A stretch of 64,000 nucleotides of DNA from Octopus sinensis (GCF_006345805.1 NW_021832552.1:1-64000), one strand, 5' to 3'; counted from the first letter of the stretch, positions 22,213 through 35,395 are shown. Program-made: numbers and translations. Notes: a model not told the origin generated them from the letters alone.

Positions 22213-22553
22213 GGCATGTATATGGCTGTGTGGTAAGAAGCTTGCTTCCCAACCATATGGTTCCTGGTTCAGTGCCACTGCGTGGTACTTTAAGCAAGTG
22301 TCTTCTACTATAGCCTCGGTCTGGCCAAAGCCTTGTGAGTGAATTTGGTAGACGGAAACTGAGAGAAGCCCATCATGTATATATATATATATATATGTGT
22401 GTGCCTTTCTCTGTCTTTGTCCCCTACCAATGCTTGACAACCGATGCTGGTGTGTTTACATCCCAGTAACTTAGCGGTTCAGCATCGACTAAAAAACCCT
22501 TTAAGGCGATGGTCCAGCATGGCCGCTGTCAAATGACTGAAACGAGTAAGATA
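22213..22553 (+). mobile_element. SINE family 1 (internally deleted)
   Basis: Family match. Confidence 0.85.
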
Positions 22554-22998
22554 TATTTATATATATAAATAATGTATAATCTTATATCCTATCATCAGAA
22601 AAAGGGAAGAACACACTATATAATGTAGTCCTAGATACAATAAATCTAGAAAAATCAAAAAAAAATCTGGATGGTCGTGATTGGAATGCCTTTTGACCAG
22701 AACTGATCTGGACATACAGAACAGGTGATTACATATGTAACAAAATATAGATATAGTTATGAGGGAGTCCCTGTGACCACTCATTAGAAACATCAGATTA
22801 ATTCCCCCATATTAATTTTTGTTGTTCTGATTCAGCAAGTAAGATAAAGGGTGTTTCAGAAGTGACCACCCATTCTTTTGTTCTTCAAGAGAGGGAGTTA
22901 TGGCTGTTATTTCTTAAAAATCAAATGTTGCATTGGCAGCTTTCTTTGTTGATTCTAATAAATACCAGAAATGAGTGGAACAAACATTTCTTCATACT

Positions 22999-23027
<29 letters not shown>

Positions 23028-23029
<2 letters not shown>

Positions 23030-23188
23030 TTCTTTACTACCCACAAGGGGCTAAACATAGAGGGGACAAACAAGGACAGACTAAGGGATATTAAGTCGAT
23101 TACATCGACCCCAGTGCAAAACTGGTACTTTATTTATCGACCCCAAAAGGATGAAAGGCAAAGTCAACCTCAGCGGAATTTGAACTCT
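23028..23188 (-). mobile_element. SINE family 2 fragment
   Basis: Family match. Confidence 0.85.
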
Positions 23189-24115
23189 AAAAAAAAAATT
23201 GTACTTTGATCCTCCAGCAAGAGAATTATATTGTCTGTGACATTCTAGAAGAGAAATTCCCCTCCTACATCCAGTCGGAGAGTAACTTTCTGGAGGTGGT
23301 AGTTGTTCCCAATATTTATTAATCACCTCCACAATTACTAGAAATACTAATCAATTGTAATAATGTTCATGAGTTGATTAGTCCCCAATTTACTTCCTCC
23401 CTTCCTCAACCAATCTGCAGTTCTTGTATAACTGGCCAATAAATGTAACCCATTCTTTTATACTTCCAGGCTCTAACCAGTCACTGTGGATACAAAAGCC
23501 AGATATTATATGTTTCATTAACATTGGTAAGTGTTTACAATTTTTTTATCTCTCTCTCTCTTTCTCTCTGTCCCTCAACCCATTGATTCACAAATAAAAT
23601 TTCTAAAACTATTCTTAAGTCCATTCCTCAACTTTACAATCAAAGTGTGTTATGATACAAAGCCAACCACTTCTGTGCTAGATTTTACAATGTCTCTCAA
23701 GATTATGTTAGACTTTACAACAATTCAGTTGGGATCTTTGAAATGCTATAAACCAGTGGTTCTCAACCTTCTGTTGTTGCTCAGTACCCACTTTCACTCA
23801 ATAGGGTATTACAAATGGCCTCTGTATGTTTTGCAAATAGAAAATACAACAAATTATTTTAATGAAAGTTAATTTGATTTTGGGAACTGATTTGTTATTC
23901 ATATTTTCTTATACTACCTCATCAATCATGCTCTTTGTTTGAGATATTTGTGTAGACTAGTGGCTTCTTGGTTAAATTTTTATGAAAACTGTTAAAGAAA
24001 GGAAGGATTTATATAATGAAATATTTAGACCTTAGTGCATCATCAATCCGGTTTCTGCTTTCTGATAACACATTATCCAATTCATATTCTACCCTTCACT
24101 AATTTTATCGAACTG

Positions 24116-24332
24116 TCATCATCATCATCATCATTTAACGTCCACTTTCCATGCTAGCATGGGTTGGACGATTTGACTGAGGTCTGGCGAACCAGACTCC
24201 AATCTGATCTGGCAGAGTTTCTACAGCTGGATGCCCTTCCTAACACCAACCACTCTGAGAGTGTAGTGGGTGCTTTTACGTGCCACCAGCACGAGGGCCA
24301 GTTTGGTGGTACTGGCAACGGCCACGCCCAAA
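24116..24332 (-). mobile_element. RTE-type retroposon 3' end with (GAT)n tail
   Basis: AGGAAGGGCATCCAGCTGTAGAAAC...CCAACCCATGCTAGCATGGAAAGTGGACGTTAAATGATGATG on the minus strand. Clade assignment is from the recalled RTE/Expander 3' motif. Confidence 0.65.
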
Positions 24333-24910
24333 AATATAACTATTGTAACTGCTTGAAGTATTTTGTTTCTAAGAAAACTCTCAACCCCTTCTCAGCACTC
24401 TCTTGTAAGCTCACAAATCCTTTAAGGAGTCGACTGCATAGATTTTACAGTGTCTGTCAAAACTATGTAGTACAATATTAGTCTTTGCAAAATACCTTAT
24501 TTGCTCTATTATTAGGATTTCTTTTTATCTTTCTCATGTTGGTTTGTGAATATAGTTTGGGCAAAGTATCTGAAGACATTCAACAAAGATATGAAAAGTG
24601 ATGCATATTTAAGAAAGCTGTGTGCAGTTGCTTTTATCTTCAAATCATCATATATGTACATTAAATACTTAATCCAGATTTCTGTATTGTTAGATGGATA
24701 AGATAGCTGTTCTCATGGTCCAGAGAGTAGTCAATTCTAGAAAACTTTCCTCAGTCTCTGGTTCCTGAAACCCAAGAGAAGAAATATACTTAGAGAAATA
24801 TTACAAAATGTTTGCTTTGGATTTGAACTCATTCACCTAAAATTCCATTTACCAATGCTATATTCTTGTGTTCTCATGAGAATGTGTTTGGAAAATTGTG
24901 TATATATTTT

Positions 24911-25234
24911 ACCCGTGCCAGTGACACGTAAAAAGCACTGTCTGAACGTGGCAGATGCCAGCGCTGCCTGACTGGCATCCGTGTCGGTGACACGTAAAAG
25001 CACCAACTGATCGTGGTCATTTGCCAGCCTGCTCTGGCCCCTGTGCCAGTGGCACGTAAAAAAAACCCACTACACTCACAGAGTGGTTGGCATAAGGAAG
25101 GGCATCCAGCTATAGAAACACTGCCAAATCAGACTGGAGCCTGGTGCAGCCTCCATGGCTTCCAGACCCCAGTTGAACTGTCCAACCTATGCTAGCATAG
25201 AAAACGGACGTTAAATGATGATGATGATGATGAT
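24911..25234 (+). mobile_element. RTE-type retroposon 3' end with (GAT)n tail
   Basis: Same family, plus orientation. Confidence 0.65.
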
Positions 25235-25426
25235 TTTACATTCTGCTGCAGTATCTGAACACAGGCGTTATACTTAACAACCACTTGGATCAGAATTAAA
25301 TTTCCTTGCACAGCCCATTAGGGAAGGTATTTTCCACCAAAGTCTCAGGCTGAATAACTTATGAGTGGAATTTGGTTGTGAAGAAGCCATCATATGAATA
25401 CATTGTGTGTGTGTGAAGGATGTAAA

Positions 25427-26140
25427 CATCATCATCATCATCATTTAGCGTCCGTTTTCCATGCTAGCATGGGTTGGACGGTTCAACTGGGGTCTGGGGA
25501 GCCCGAAGGCTGCACCAGGCCAGTCAGATCTGGCAGTGTTTCTACAGCTGGATGCCCTCCTAACGCCAACCACTCCGAGAGTGTAGTGGGTGATTTTATG
25601 TGCCACCGACACAGGGCCAGACGAGGCTGGCGACGGCCACGCTCGGATGGTGTTTTTATGTGCCACCGACACAGGTGCCAGACGAGGCTGGCAGACGGCC
25701 ACGCTCGGATGGTGTTTTTATGTGCCACCGACACAGGTGCCAGATGAGCTGGCGACGGCCACCTCGGATGGTGTTTGTTACGTCCCCAAAGCACGGAGGC
25801 CAGTCTATGCGGTACTGGCTACGGCCACGTTCGGATGATTTCTTGTGTGCCACCGCACTGGTACCACAAAGATACAAATTCCATTGATGTTCATCTATTT
25901 TGATTTGTTTTGATTTGATTTGATTTTCACTTGCCTCAACAGGTCTTCACAAGTGTCACAAGAAGGAAGGTATGCACAGGTGGACTGACTACGTCCCAGG
26001 TAGGGGCCACGGGTTATGGCCTGACTAGTCTTGCCGGGTCTTCGGATGGTGTTTTTATGTGCCACCGACACAGGTGCCAGATGAGGCTGGCGAACGGCCA
26101 CAATCGGATGGTGTTTGTTGCGTGCCCACAGCACGGAGGC
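25427..26140 (-). mobile_element. RTE-type retroposon 3' end with about 60-bp internal tandem repeats, interrupted near 25870-26045
   Basis: (CAT)n start; TGTTTTTATGTGCCACCGACACAGGTGCCAG units at 25591, 25651, 25713 and again near 26050. Confidence 0.7.
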
Positions 26141-26304
26141 CAAACATTTGTGAGAAAACAAGAAACCAGTTTCTTTGCAAATGAAGACCCTTGTGATAGT
26201 TGTTCTGCATCAATTTGGAAATACTACCTTGTAATTCTTGCCATCAGAAATGTTATTGGCCAATGATTAGTTGGCTGGAAGCATGAAGCAATGGAGAGTA
26301 TTGT

Positions 26305-26696
26305 TCATCATCATCATCGTTTAACATCTGCTTTCTATGCTAGCATGGGTTGGACGATTTGACTGAGGGCTGGTGAACCAGATGGCTGCACAAGGCTCCA
26401 ATCTTGATTCTACAGCTGGATGCCCTTCCTACACCAACCACTCCGAGAGCGTAGTGGGTTCTTTTACGTGCCACCGGGATGGGGACCAGTCAGGCAGTAC
26501 TAGCAATGACCTCACTTGAATCTTTTTACACATGCCACCGGCACAGGTACCAGTAAGGTGACACTGTTATTGATCAATCTCGAATGGTGTGTTTTACATG
26601 CCACCGGCACAGAAGCCAGTTAGCCGCTCTGGCAATGATCACGCTCGGATGGTGCTCTTAGCACCCTACTAGCACGGGGCACAAGTGCCAGTAAAG
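26305..26696 (-). mobile_element. RTE-type retroposon 3' end
   Basis: Family match. Confidence 0.65.
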
Positions 26697-27069
26697 CATT
26701 AAAAATGTTGTTAATGATAAAAAAAAATAACCTATATTATTCTACTGCTTGCTGCTAATTTGTTTCTTTGTTCTGGAGAAGGGATTGCCTCCTTGGTTTT
26801 TTCAAGTCCTCCAAGCCGGATGCGACCATGCTAGAGCTATATGGTTAAACTGTTGGTTTTATTTTCAGTAAATTAACTGAATATAATTTAAAATCCCATT
26901 AACTTTAGTGAAAAGCTTGATATTCCTGTAGAGAAGAAAAGGTCAAGTGGGTCAGAGGTGAGAAGTTTTAAAGGTCATAGAGGTCAAAGTTGAGTTTTAA
27001 TTAGAATGTTATCTCATCTTTTCTCCCTTGCTGGAGAATCTACAGGCTTGGAACATTGACATTTAAATT

Positions 27070-27360
27070 GCACCCCCTCTTTCTCTCTCTCTCTCTCTTT
27101 GTCCCTCTCACTCTCTCAATCTTACTCTCTTTGTTTCTCCTCTCTCTCACTCCCACTCTCTCTTCCTCTCTCTCACTCTTTCTCTCACTCTTTTTCTCTA
27201 TCACTTTCTCTCTTTTCTCTTTCTCTTTTCTCTCTTCTCACCTTTTCTCTTTCTCTCACTTTTCTCTCTCTCACTTTCTTTTCTCTCTCTCACTTTCTCT
27301 TCTCTCTCTCACTTTCTTCTTTTTCTCTCCCACTCCACACACACACACACACACACTGTA
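27070..27360. repeat. (CT)n-rich and (CA)n microsatellite
   Basis: Read directly. Confidence 0.9.
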
Positions 27361-27794
27361 TCCCCAGCCTCATTTACACACCTCAGACCCTCCGGCTAAT
27401 GAATTCAGTTAATAGGTAAGAAGACACTGACCTATATAAAACACCCATCAAAGAACAAACAATTTGTTTCCTGTCCTGCTAATCCCTTAATAATTTCCTC
27501 CAGTTAATCCTACTTCATCTTCACATTATTTCGATGTTATTAATAGACTTGAATTTTCACTGATCTTTTTTTAAATGTTCTGTCATTTTAGTATGTCGTT
27601 AATGTATATCCTTATCACCATCTTTTATTTCTTACTGTCCAAATTCTTGTATCCTGTCCATCATTGATATATTGTCAGCTTCAAAGCTGAAGAATTTACT
27701 TGGCTCTGATTTCTGCTAACGTGGAACGGCATGAATATTAGTTGATAAATGCTTTCGACAGTGACAGAGAAAAGCAGATTTTCACTTAATGGGT

Positions 27795-28110
27795 TCATCA
27801 TTATCGTTTAACGTCCGTTTTCCATGCTAGCACGGGCTGGACGGTTCGACCGGGGTCTGGGAAGCCAGGAGGCTGCACCAGGCTCCAGTCTGATCTGGCA
27901 GTGTTTCTACAGCTGGATGCCCTTCCTAACGCCAAACACTCCACGAGTGTAGTGGGTGCTTTTTACGTGCCACCGGCACAGGTGCCAGAGGAGTCTGGCA
28001 TCGGCCACGATCGGTTGGTGCTTTTAACGTGCCATCGGCACGGAAGCCAGCCAAGGCGGCGCTGGCTTCGGCCACGTTCGGATGGTGCTTTTTATGTGCC
28101 ACCGGCACAG
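27795..28110 (-). mobile_element. RTE-type retroposon 3' end, about 120 bp upstream of the PPP1R3 acceptor
   Basis: Family match. Confidence 0.65.
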
Positions 28111-28234
28111 TCGGGTGGATGGCAGGATAATTATGATGGATGTTCTTTTTTTATTTCATTTTTGCTATGTTTTTGTTTGTCATGAATCATCTATATATCT
28201 AAGAATTTTCTTAATTTTTTTTTTTTCCAGTAAC

Positions 28235-29191
28235 ATGCTTGGAACTGATGTGCACCTACTGCCAAACACAGGGATGCAAGTTGATTACACTACCTACATA
28301 CTTTCTTCCAGTCCACCTGGAACAGGACTGGAGTTTCTTAACAGCAACATTTTCTGTGAACCGCTTTCCAGTGCTGAACGAAGCTTTTGTGCCCATGCAC
28401 CTCTTTATATTGAACAATGTATGAGCCGGAAGGCTTCAGGTGATTTAAAACCAATTATCATCCCAGACAGCCCACAGTCCAGTTCAGAACCAACCAGTTC
28501 AGAACCAACCAGCCCAGTAAATCGTTCACCTCTACGGCCCCTGTCACCAGGGAAACAAAAGAAAAGAGTATCTTTTGCAGACTGTTTTGGCTTTGCTTTG
28601 GCCACTATTCGTGTTATGACTGAACCTTCGGATGTTCCTCCCCTAGTTCGTCCAGAGATACTTTCCAGCCTTACAAAAGGATCATCAGCTTCAGTTACGA
28701 GCATACCTCCATTAAAGTTGTGCTTCACACAACCTGCAGCTGACTACGTTGCTTTCAGAGACCGTGTTGAAAAGAACTTTGTTTCTCTGGAGAATGTAAT
28801 TCTCAAAGACTATCAAGTTACTGGTACAGTAAAAGTAAAAAATGTTGCATTCGAGAAACATGTATACATTAAATGTACTTTCGATTCTTGGAGCTCATCA
28901 GGAGATGTTGACGCTACCTACCTAAACACAAACGGTTGCAGTCGTTTCGACACGTTCACATTTGAGATGAATGTACCAACAGACTTTGATATCAGAAAGC
29001 AGATCCTCTTTGCTGTTGCTTACCGGACTGATAACAAAGAGTACTGGGACAATAATTATGGTAATGACTACCTCATTGTCTCATCGTATGCAAATGAAAA
29101 TCCCAAACCATCCATTGATTTTAAGTGTTCTGACATTGATACAACATTTGCTAGTTGGAATAGTATGGACACAACAGTCCCCTATTGGTGA
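28235..29191 (+). CDS. PPP1R3: Protein phosphatase 1 regulatory subunit 3 (glycogen-targeting, PPP1R3B/C-like), 318 aa
   Basis: KKRVSFAD PP1-docking motif (RVSF 28565-28576); CBM21 motifs GTVKVKNVAFEK and EYWDNNYGNDY; N-terminal MQVDY...SSSPP and C-terminal PYW. ATG lies 4 nt after a poly-T/CCAG acceptor at 28230; Met at 28274 is an alternative start. Confidence 0.95.
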   Translation: MLGTDVHLLPNTGMQVDYTTYILSSSPPGTGLEFLNSNIFCEPLSSAERSFCAHAPLYIEQCMSRKASGDLKPIIIPDSPQSSSEPTSSEPTSPVNRSPLRPLSPGKQKKRVSFADCFGFALATIRVMTEPSDVPPLVRPEILSSLTKGSSASVTSIPPLKLCFTQPAADYVAFRDRVEKNFVSLENVILKDYQVTGTVKVKNVAFEKHVYIKCTFDSWSSSGDVDATYLNTNGCSRFDTFTFEMNVPTDFDIRKQILFAVAYRTDNKEYWDNNYGNDYLIVSSYANENPKPSIDFKCSDIDTTFASWNSMDTTVPYW

Positions 29192-30188
29192 AGCTTCGTA
29201 AGTTTCATTAACTCCCCCATACCGTCCATCTGATAGACTTGGTGGAATATGGTGTTTCAACATACTCAGTTACTCACAAAATCTGCCTGTTCTAAAGAGA
29301 GGGTATAGATTATTGGATGACAGTTGTATTGGCAGATGAACACACAATGCTAAACAAAATTGTTTTACTTTTTTTTTTCATTCTAACCAGAGCTAAGCTG
29401 TGTCCATGTGAGTTTAAAAGCACGTTCCAGCCAATTAATGATGGAGCTATGTAATATTTATTGCTTGTGTGATCTTAGTTGGGCTAGATGGCTATTAACT
29501 CTTTGACACATTTGGGGTTGATATGGGACGGTTGTGCCCACTAATCCTACCAAACAACAAAACCAGGTGCATTCTTTCTACACTAGTGAAAGATATTTTC
29601 ATTTGACAATACAATAAGAAAAGAAAAAAAACGAATATACTTATGGCAGTTCAGACAATCAATATTTCATCAAGGTTTCTATTATTGTCTGTATCTAAAT
29701 TACTACCTTAAACATTAACTAGAAAAATGTTACCTCTGTTATAAGTATTTTTCACAAAAACCAACAGCAAATCTGAAAGGAAGGTAGAATTTGAAACATA
29801 TTATACAAAGTGGCTTGTATGAATTAGGAATTTCTATAGCTCTAAAATATTAGCCTAAATGTTTTCCTAAAACATCTGATCAAATTAAGGAAAAAATAAT
29901 GACCTGTCTAATTAACAAAGGCAGAAAAATATCAGCATCATCATTGTTGGTATGTCACTCCAGTATGTCTTGTGTTATAAAGCACTGTAAACTTTTTGTA
30001 AAATAATACAGGTCCAAGCGGACGTTAAATGATGATGATGATGATTATCAAAGAAGGAAAGAAAAACTTCCTTTTATCTTCAAATGATTGTTAAATTAAT
30101 TTGTTAATGTGATATCTCAGTTTATATATTTATGTATTATATATATAATATACACATATATATATCAATAATATATACATGCACACAC

Positions 30189-30241
<53 letters not shown>

Positions 30242-30976
30242 CACACACATTCACATATATATGTCTATATATACATATATAGCTTCTCTGCCTCTACTTT
30301 CTTAAAGGGAAATTTTTAATTTCTGGATTAATTAATTAAAGAAAAATTAATTCCTTGTTGCCTTTCTACCAATTTCTCCACATACATGTAACATCAATTT
30401 CACTGAGTAACTGAAATGAAGGGAAACAAACAAATTTTCTTTAATAGCAGAATGCAATTTGAAGATTAAAGAAATTAAATTTTTAATTCTTCTTGATGAT
30501 TTTCGCTGCTACCACCAATATTCATTACAATTACACTTAACCAAATATTTTCAGTTACTCCTGTGTTTGTCCCGAATATTCTTCACATAGATAAAAAGAT
30601 TTGCATTTCTTTATTTATGGAATAAATGAAGCATTTGGAAAGCAATATTGACATGCATATTTTAAATGTAGCGATTGGGTTTAATATTTTGAAATATGCT
30701 AGTATTTGCATTCCACCTACTGAAATGAAATTGCACTGTTTGTTACTGGAGATATGAGTTTGGTAAATCTATCTACTGGTGGCATAATTTCCTGTCCAGA
30801 TAATTCTACCATGTATCTTTCATGTGATTGGATTGATTAATCCAATATTTTTTTCTTGAACACAGACCTATATATATAGGTTTATCTGCACAATTCTATA
30901 CAAACAGCATCTGTGAACAATAAATGTGGCTGGGTGAATAATATGTATTTTTTTATGGTTATCAACATACCCACAA

Positions 30977-31011
<35 letters not shown>

Positions 31012-31377
31012 GTATGTATATATAGTTATGTGTAATATATATATATGCAACACATGTTTATTATAAACAAGTATTAATGAAATCATCAGGTTTTACTGAC
31101 AAATTGATATGAATTTTATTCAAACTTGCTTGAATTTAATAAATTTGAAATATCTTAACTATAATCTTGTCTCACTGAACTGCTCTCATCATTTTAATAG
31201 TCACAAATTTAGCCATTATAGCATTGCTATTGCCCACCACAAGCCAATGCATGTATTCAAGTAGTCATGTTCAAGGAACATCGGCACTTTGTGGGGAGAC
31301 CACTTTCTACTCATGCTGTTGATTTCTTACTCTCCTCTCCACGTGTGATATGTTTATAGTGATGTATATTTTTTTAC

Positions 31378-31383
31378 AATAAA
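31378..31383 (+). promoter_or_regulatory. Candidate polyadenylation signal of a long PPP1R3 3' UTR
   Basis: AATAAA followed by T-rich sequence at the end of a repeat-poor 2.2-kb stretch; other AATAAA sites exist. Confidence 0.3.
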
Positions 31384-31447
31384 ATATTGATTAGAAAACT
31401 TTAATCTTTATTTGTATTTCTTCTGTAAACAGACTATATCATTATCC

Positions 31448-31859
31448 GGATCTTTTCGGTTTGAACAGCAGTTTTTCTAGCGGTGTCATATGAATTGTCA
31501 CCCATAATTATGACCCTAGTATTGATCTATTGCATTTCAATCTGTTTTAGGGTTAGGGGTGGGGGAAAGGGTATCTTTTTTTTTCTTCAGAAATGTAAAT
31601 AAACCCAATCTGTTTCTTAAACGAGGGACATATTCATACGGCACAGAATGTTTTCATCTCAATAGACGTCATTGATTGGTTGAAATTGCAGAAATTGAAG
31701 AAAAAAAAACAACAAATATCTTACAAACTATAGAATTTTCTCAATAAAGCCTAGAGCAAAAGATGTTTTATAAACACATTCTACCAGTATACGAAGTTTA
31801 AAAGTTTTTAGTTGCGTGGAAATTATTTTTAAAAACTGCCGTTCAAACCGAAAAGATCC
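31448..31859 (+). mobile_element. MITE with GGATC TIRs and perfect 8-bp TSD, possibly Merlin-like
   Basis: TIR GGATCTTTTCGGTTTGAACAGCAGTTTTT / AAAAACTGCCGTTCAAACCGAAAAGATCC; TSD CATTATCC at 31440-31447 and 31860-31867. Confidence 0.85.
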
Positions 31860-32026
31860 CATTATCCTTATCAAATAGTCTTTATTTCTATGTTTGTTTG
31901 TCATACAGGTTATCCCTTCATGTTGCAGTTTTTGTATCATGTTTGTTAAGAAAGCTCACTGAGATTTGATCTTATAACATCTTCCTTGTTTTTCTTTAGT
32001 CCTATTCTTTTATGGCTCTTGTTTAA

Positions 32027-32257
32027 CCCTTTCATTACCAACCCGGTTGAAACCAGCTCTGGATCTCAGTACAAATGTCTTGTTTTCATAAATTTTGAAT
32101 CAAAGCCTTCCACCAAAAGAAAAAAAAAGCCTAGTCACAATTTATGTTCCTAACACCAGCTTAATGATAACTAAGTTATTTTACTAAATTCTTTGTCATA
32201 TTTAAAGTAATTGAAAGAAACGCAGAGCATCTCAAAATAAATACAGTAACGAAAGGG
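32027..32257. mobile_element. piggyBac-like MITE
   Basis: TTAA|CCCTTTC...GAAAGGG|TTAA. Confidence 0.85.
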
Positions 32258-32405
32258 TTAACCAGCACAAATTTTCAATCTGAACCACATATACATACCA
32301 GCTTAGACCTTTACACATCAGCTGACACTATTTCAATATCCAGCCACTTTCAAAGTTCTGTCAAACTGAACCAGCTCTATCTGTACATGGCACATTACAT
32401 CTACG

Positions 32406-32804
32406 AACCACATGGTTCCGGGTTCAGTCCCACTGCATGGCAACTTGAGCAAGTGTCTTCTACTATAGCCTCGGGCCAACCAAAGCCTTGTGAGTGGATT
32501 TGGTAGACGGAAACTGAAAGAAGCCTGTTGTATATATGTATATATATATATTTATATATATATATGTATATATGTATATATATATATGTTTGTGTGTCTG
32601 TTTGTCCCCCCAACATCACTTGACAACCGATGCTGGTGTGTTTACGTCCCCGTCACTTAGCGGTTCGGCAAAAGAGACCGATAGAATAAGTACTGGGCTT
32701 ACAAAAGAATAAGTCCCGGTGTCGAGTTGCTCGATTAAAGGCGGTACTCCAGCATGGCCACAGTCAAATGACTGAAACAAGTAAAAGAGTAAGAGTAAAG
32801 AGTA
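32406..32804 (+). mobile_element. SINE family 1
   Basis: Family match. Confidence 0.9.
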
Positions 32805-34176
32805 AACTAACCATACTTAGCCCTTTAGTATTCAGGTTATTCTACCAAATGTAAAGCTCATTTCTACACACTGTTTTGAATTAGTTATGCATTATCTTAT
32901 AGCTGTAAGTTTTCCATGATGTAACTCTTTAATTTTAGGAATGATATAGTGGGATAAGCATAAGGGGCTAGATTTGGCTGGCTTAACCCTTCCGTTACCA
33001 ACCCGGCTGAACAGTGTAGGTTGTTGGATTGAAGAGGTTGTAAAAACGTTGGACTGATTACCTTGCTGTATTCGTTGCAACTCCTTGAATTCTGTGTTCA
33101 AATTCCACCACAGACTACCACTTCGATGGTTGACTAAATTTAACACCACCTCTGGTGGTTTGGTGGAGTCACCTCTGCTGCAAACCTTTGGGTATCTGGT
33201 TTCAGGAGAGCGTCATGGGTAGAGCTTTCTCTCCTGTTTATTTTTTATCTTTAAATAGAAAAATCAGTAAAAGACAGGAACACTAAAGCAGTAGACCTAA
33301 TTTCCTATAATAATTTGATTTCTTCTCAATGTTCTGGGTTTGTATGAGACCTCGTTTCACCATATGCCTCACCAGCAGAGCATCAGATAAATACCTTTGT
33401 CCATTAATCTTTCAAGGGATTGATAAAATAAGCACCAGTTAAGTACAGGGTCGCAGTAAGCAACTCTATACCCTTTCTGGCCTTGTGACACTTGAGAGAC
33501 TGATACTTTTTTTTATCTTCCAGTTTTTCACACCATACAATAGTATAGAGATAAAGTCTAAATACAATTGTGTGCTTTTGTAATATCAAACACTATATCC
33601 ATATTGTATAACTGGTGGAATTATCTGCTGGTTTTTAATTTCTCTATGCCCCTGCTCTAAGGATCAATTTATGTACTTTTGTGTGCAAATATTTTTGCAA
33701 ACCCACATAAACTGTGTTATGAAGATTGCCAACCCATACCATTGAGAAAAATGAACATTAATTAATGAGGATATGAGTGTGCACATGCACACACACTCAA
33801 ACACAACCACTATATATACATATATTGTATGTGTCTTTGTGGTCATTCAGTGTTTCTCTTGTCACAATGGATTAAAAATAGTTTTCAATTTGCATATATT
33901 ATAAACATTTCACATTACTAATACAAGTGAATTCAGGCAATATCCTTGATGAAACACGTCACCACAATGCTCTTTGTTGAAAAAAAACAGAAATTAAGGC
34001 TACTTAATGAAAATTTTGGGAAAAGTATGCATCTCATGATTATCTCTGAAATATAGAACTTTTGAGTCGAGTGCAAAAAAAAAAGCACGTTATTTTCATT
34101 TATAGTTTTTGCACAATTTAGATTCATCAAATTCTCTTTTCAAATCCTACTGGATTCAAATTTATTTTATATCAAT

Positions 34177-34547
34177 CACTAGCACTATGACCTGGCAACG
34201 CCGGGTCATAGTGCTAGTGCATGCATATACAGCTGCGTACGTGCGCACATACATGCGAGTACTGTCCAAATCTCTGACCAATCACATACAGCTAGCAGGC
34301 ATTCAATTGGCGTATCAAGTTTCGGACATTTTGATTGGGTTTTGGATAGAAAATTCACAAAAAAGTCACTTCTATTGACTTTTTAATGGCTTTGTGGGGT
34401 GACTGGGGAAATGTAAAGATGTGCACAACCATCCTTGGACGGTTTTGAATGACCATAAAAAGTGCGAGCCCTCTAACTGAAAAATTGTGGATTTGTATAA
34501 AGGACAAACACACACAGACAGACATTTTGTTGTTTATATATATAGAG
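34177..34547 (+). mobile_element. Helitron/Helentron-like non-autonomous element with terminal hairpin
   Basis: CACTAGCACTATGACC...GGTCATAGTGCTAGTG 16-bp inverted repeat (34177-34219); ends ACAGACAGACATTTTG...TATATAGAG. Confidence 0.55.
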
Positions 34548-35395
34548 TTTAGTAATCTATTGCTTGGTTTAACACCAGTTTTTAATCCTAGCAGGGTCCA
34601 CTCTATTGCAATCATTCAGACTGGGTCTTCAGTTTCAAAATAACTTCATTCCATCAATCCCAAAAGTCCCCAAAATTATTATGGGTACTGCCCAACCCTG
34701 GATTATTAGACATGTGCCAAGAATTAGTTTATTATACACATTTGTGGCTTATTGCTTGCGTAAGGAATAATCATTTCCTTTCCTATGCAATTTTATTTCA
34801 AATTTCTTTCATACATACCAGTAATTATATATGAACCAAATAAGTTGACTGTTTTTATAAAAATTGACCTTCTCCCCAACAAAGATCATTCAATCTCCCA
34901 GAAACAGTAAGCAAATACCTCTCAAATTACTGCCTACTGACTTGAAAAAACATTTGACCATGTATTCCTTGTCCTCTCCCATCCAAAATATGTGGATCCA
35001 GGTTAAAGTGCTTTTTATCAGAGGTTCCTTTGATCGGGTCTGATCTGGGTTAAACAACAAATATTATTTATTATTTCATTTTCTCTTGTGGTCTTTTTTT
35101 CTTTCTACAAAGCCTTTTACACTATCCCAGCTGTCATTGATCAAATGAAAGAAAAGCCGGGTTCAGTTATCATGTGTCATTGGTGGAATTGAAGTGTCTC
35201 AAAGTGATTTGGGTGCAGTATAAACGGATTTAAAAATGCTGAATGAGTGTCGTGAGAAATTTCAAAGAGAGGGGGAAATAACAAGAGACGCCTGTTCTCT
35301 TAAAACTTCATAAGGAAAGTGGCCTCTAGCGTAATTGATACAGTTTTCCAGGAAATTTGAAATAAAACTACAACAATAATGAAAAATCATTCTCT

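Noticed and set aside
25591-25800. CRISPR-like array from regularly spaced repeats
   Set aside because: Whole units repeat with no unique spacers, there are no cas genes, and the context is eukaryotic.
28082-28234. 51-aa N-terminal extension of the PPP1R3 ORF
   Set aside because: It starts inside a retroposon and crosses the polypyrimidine tract and acceptor, so it is intronic.
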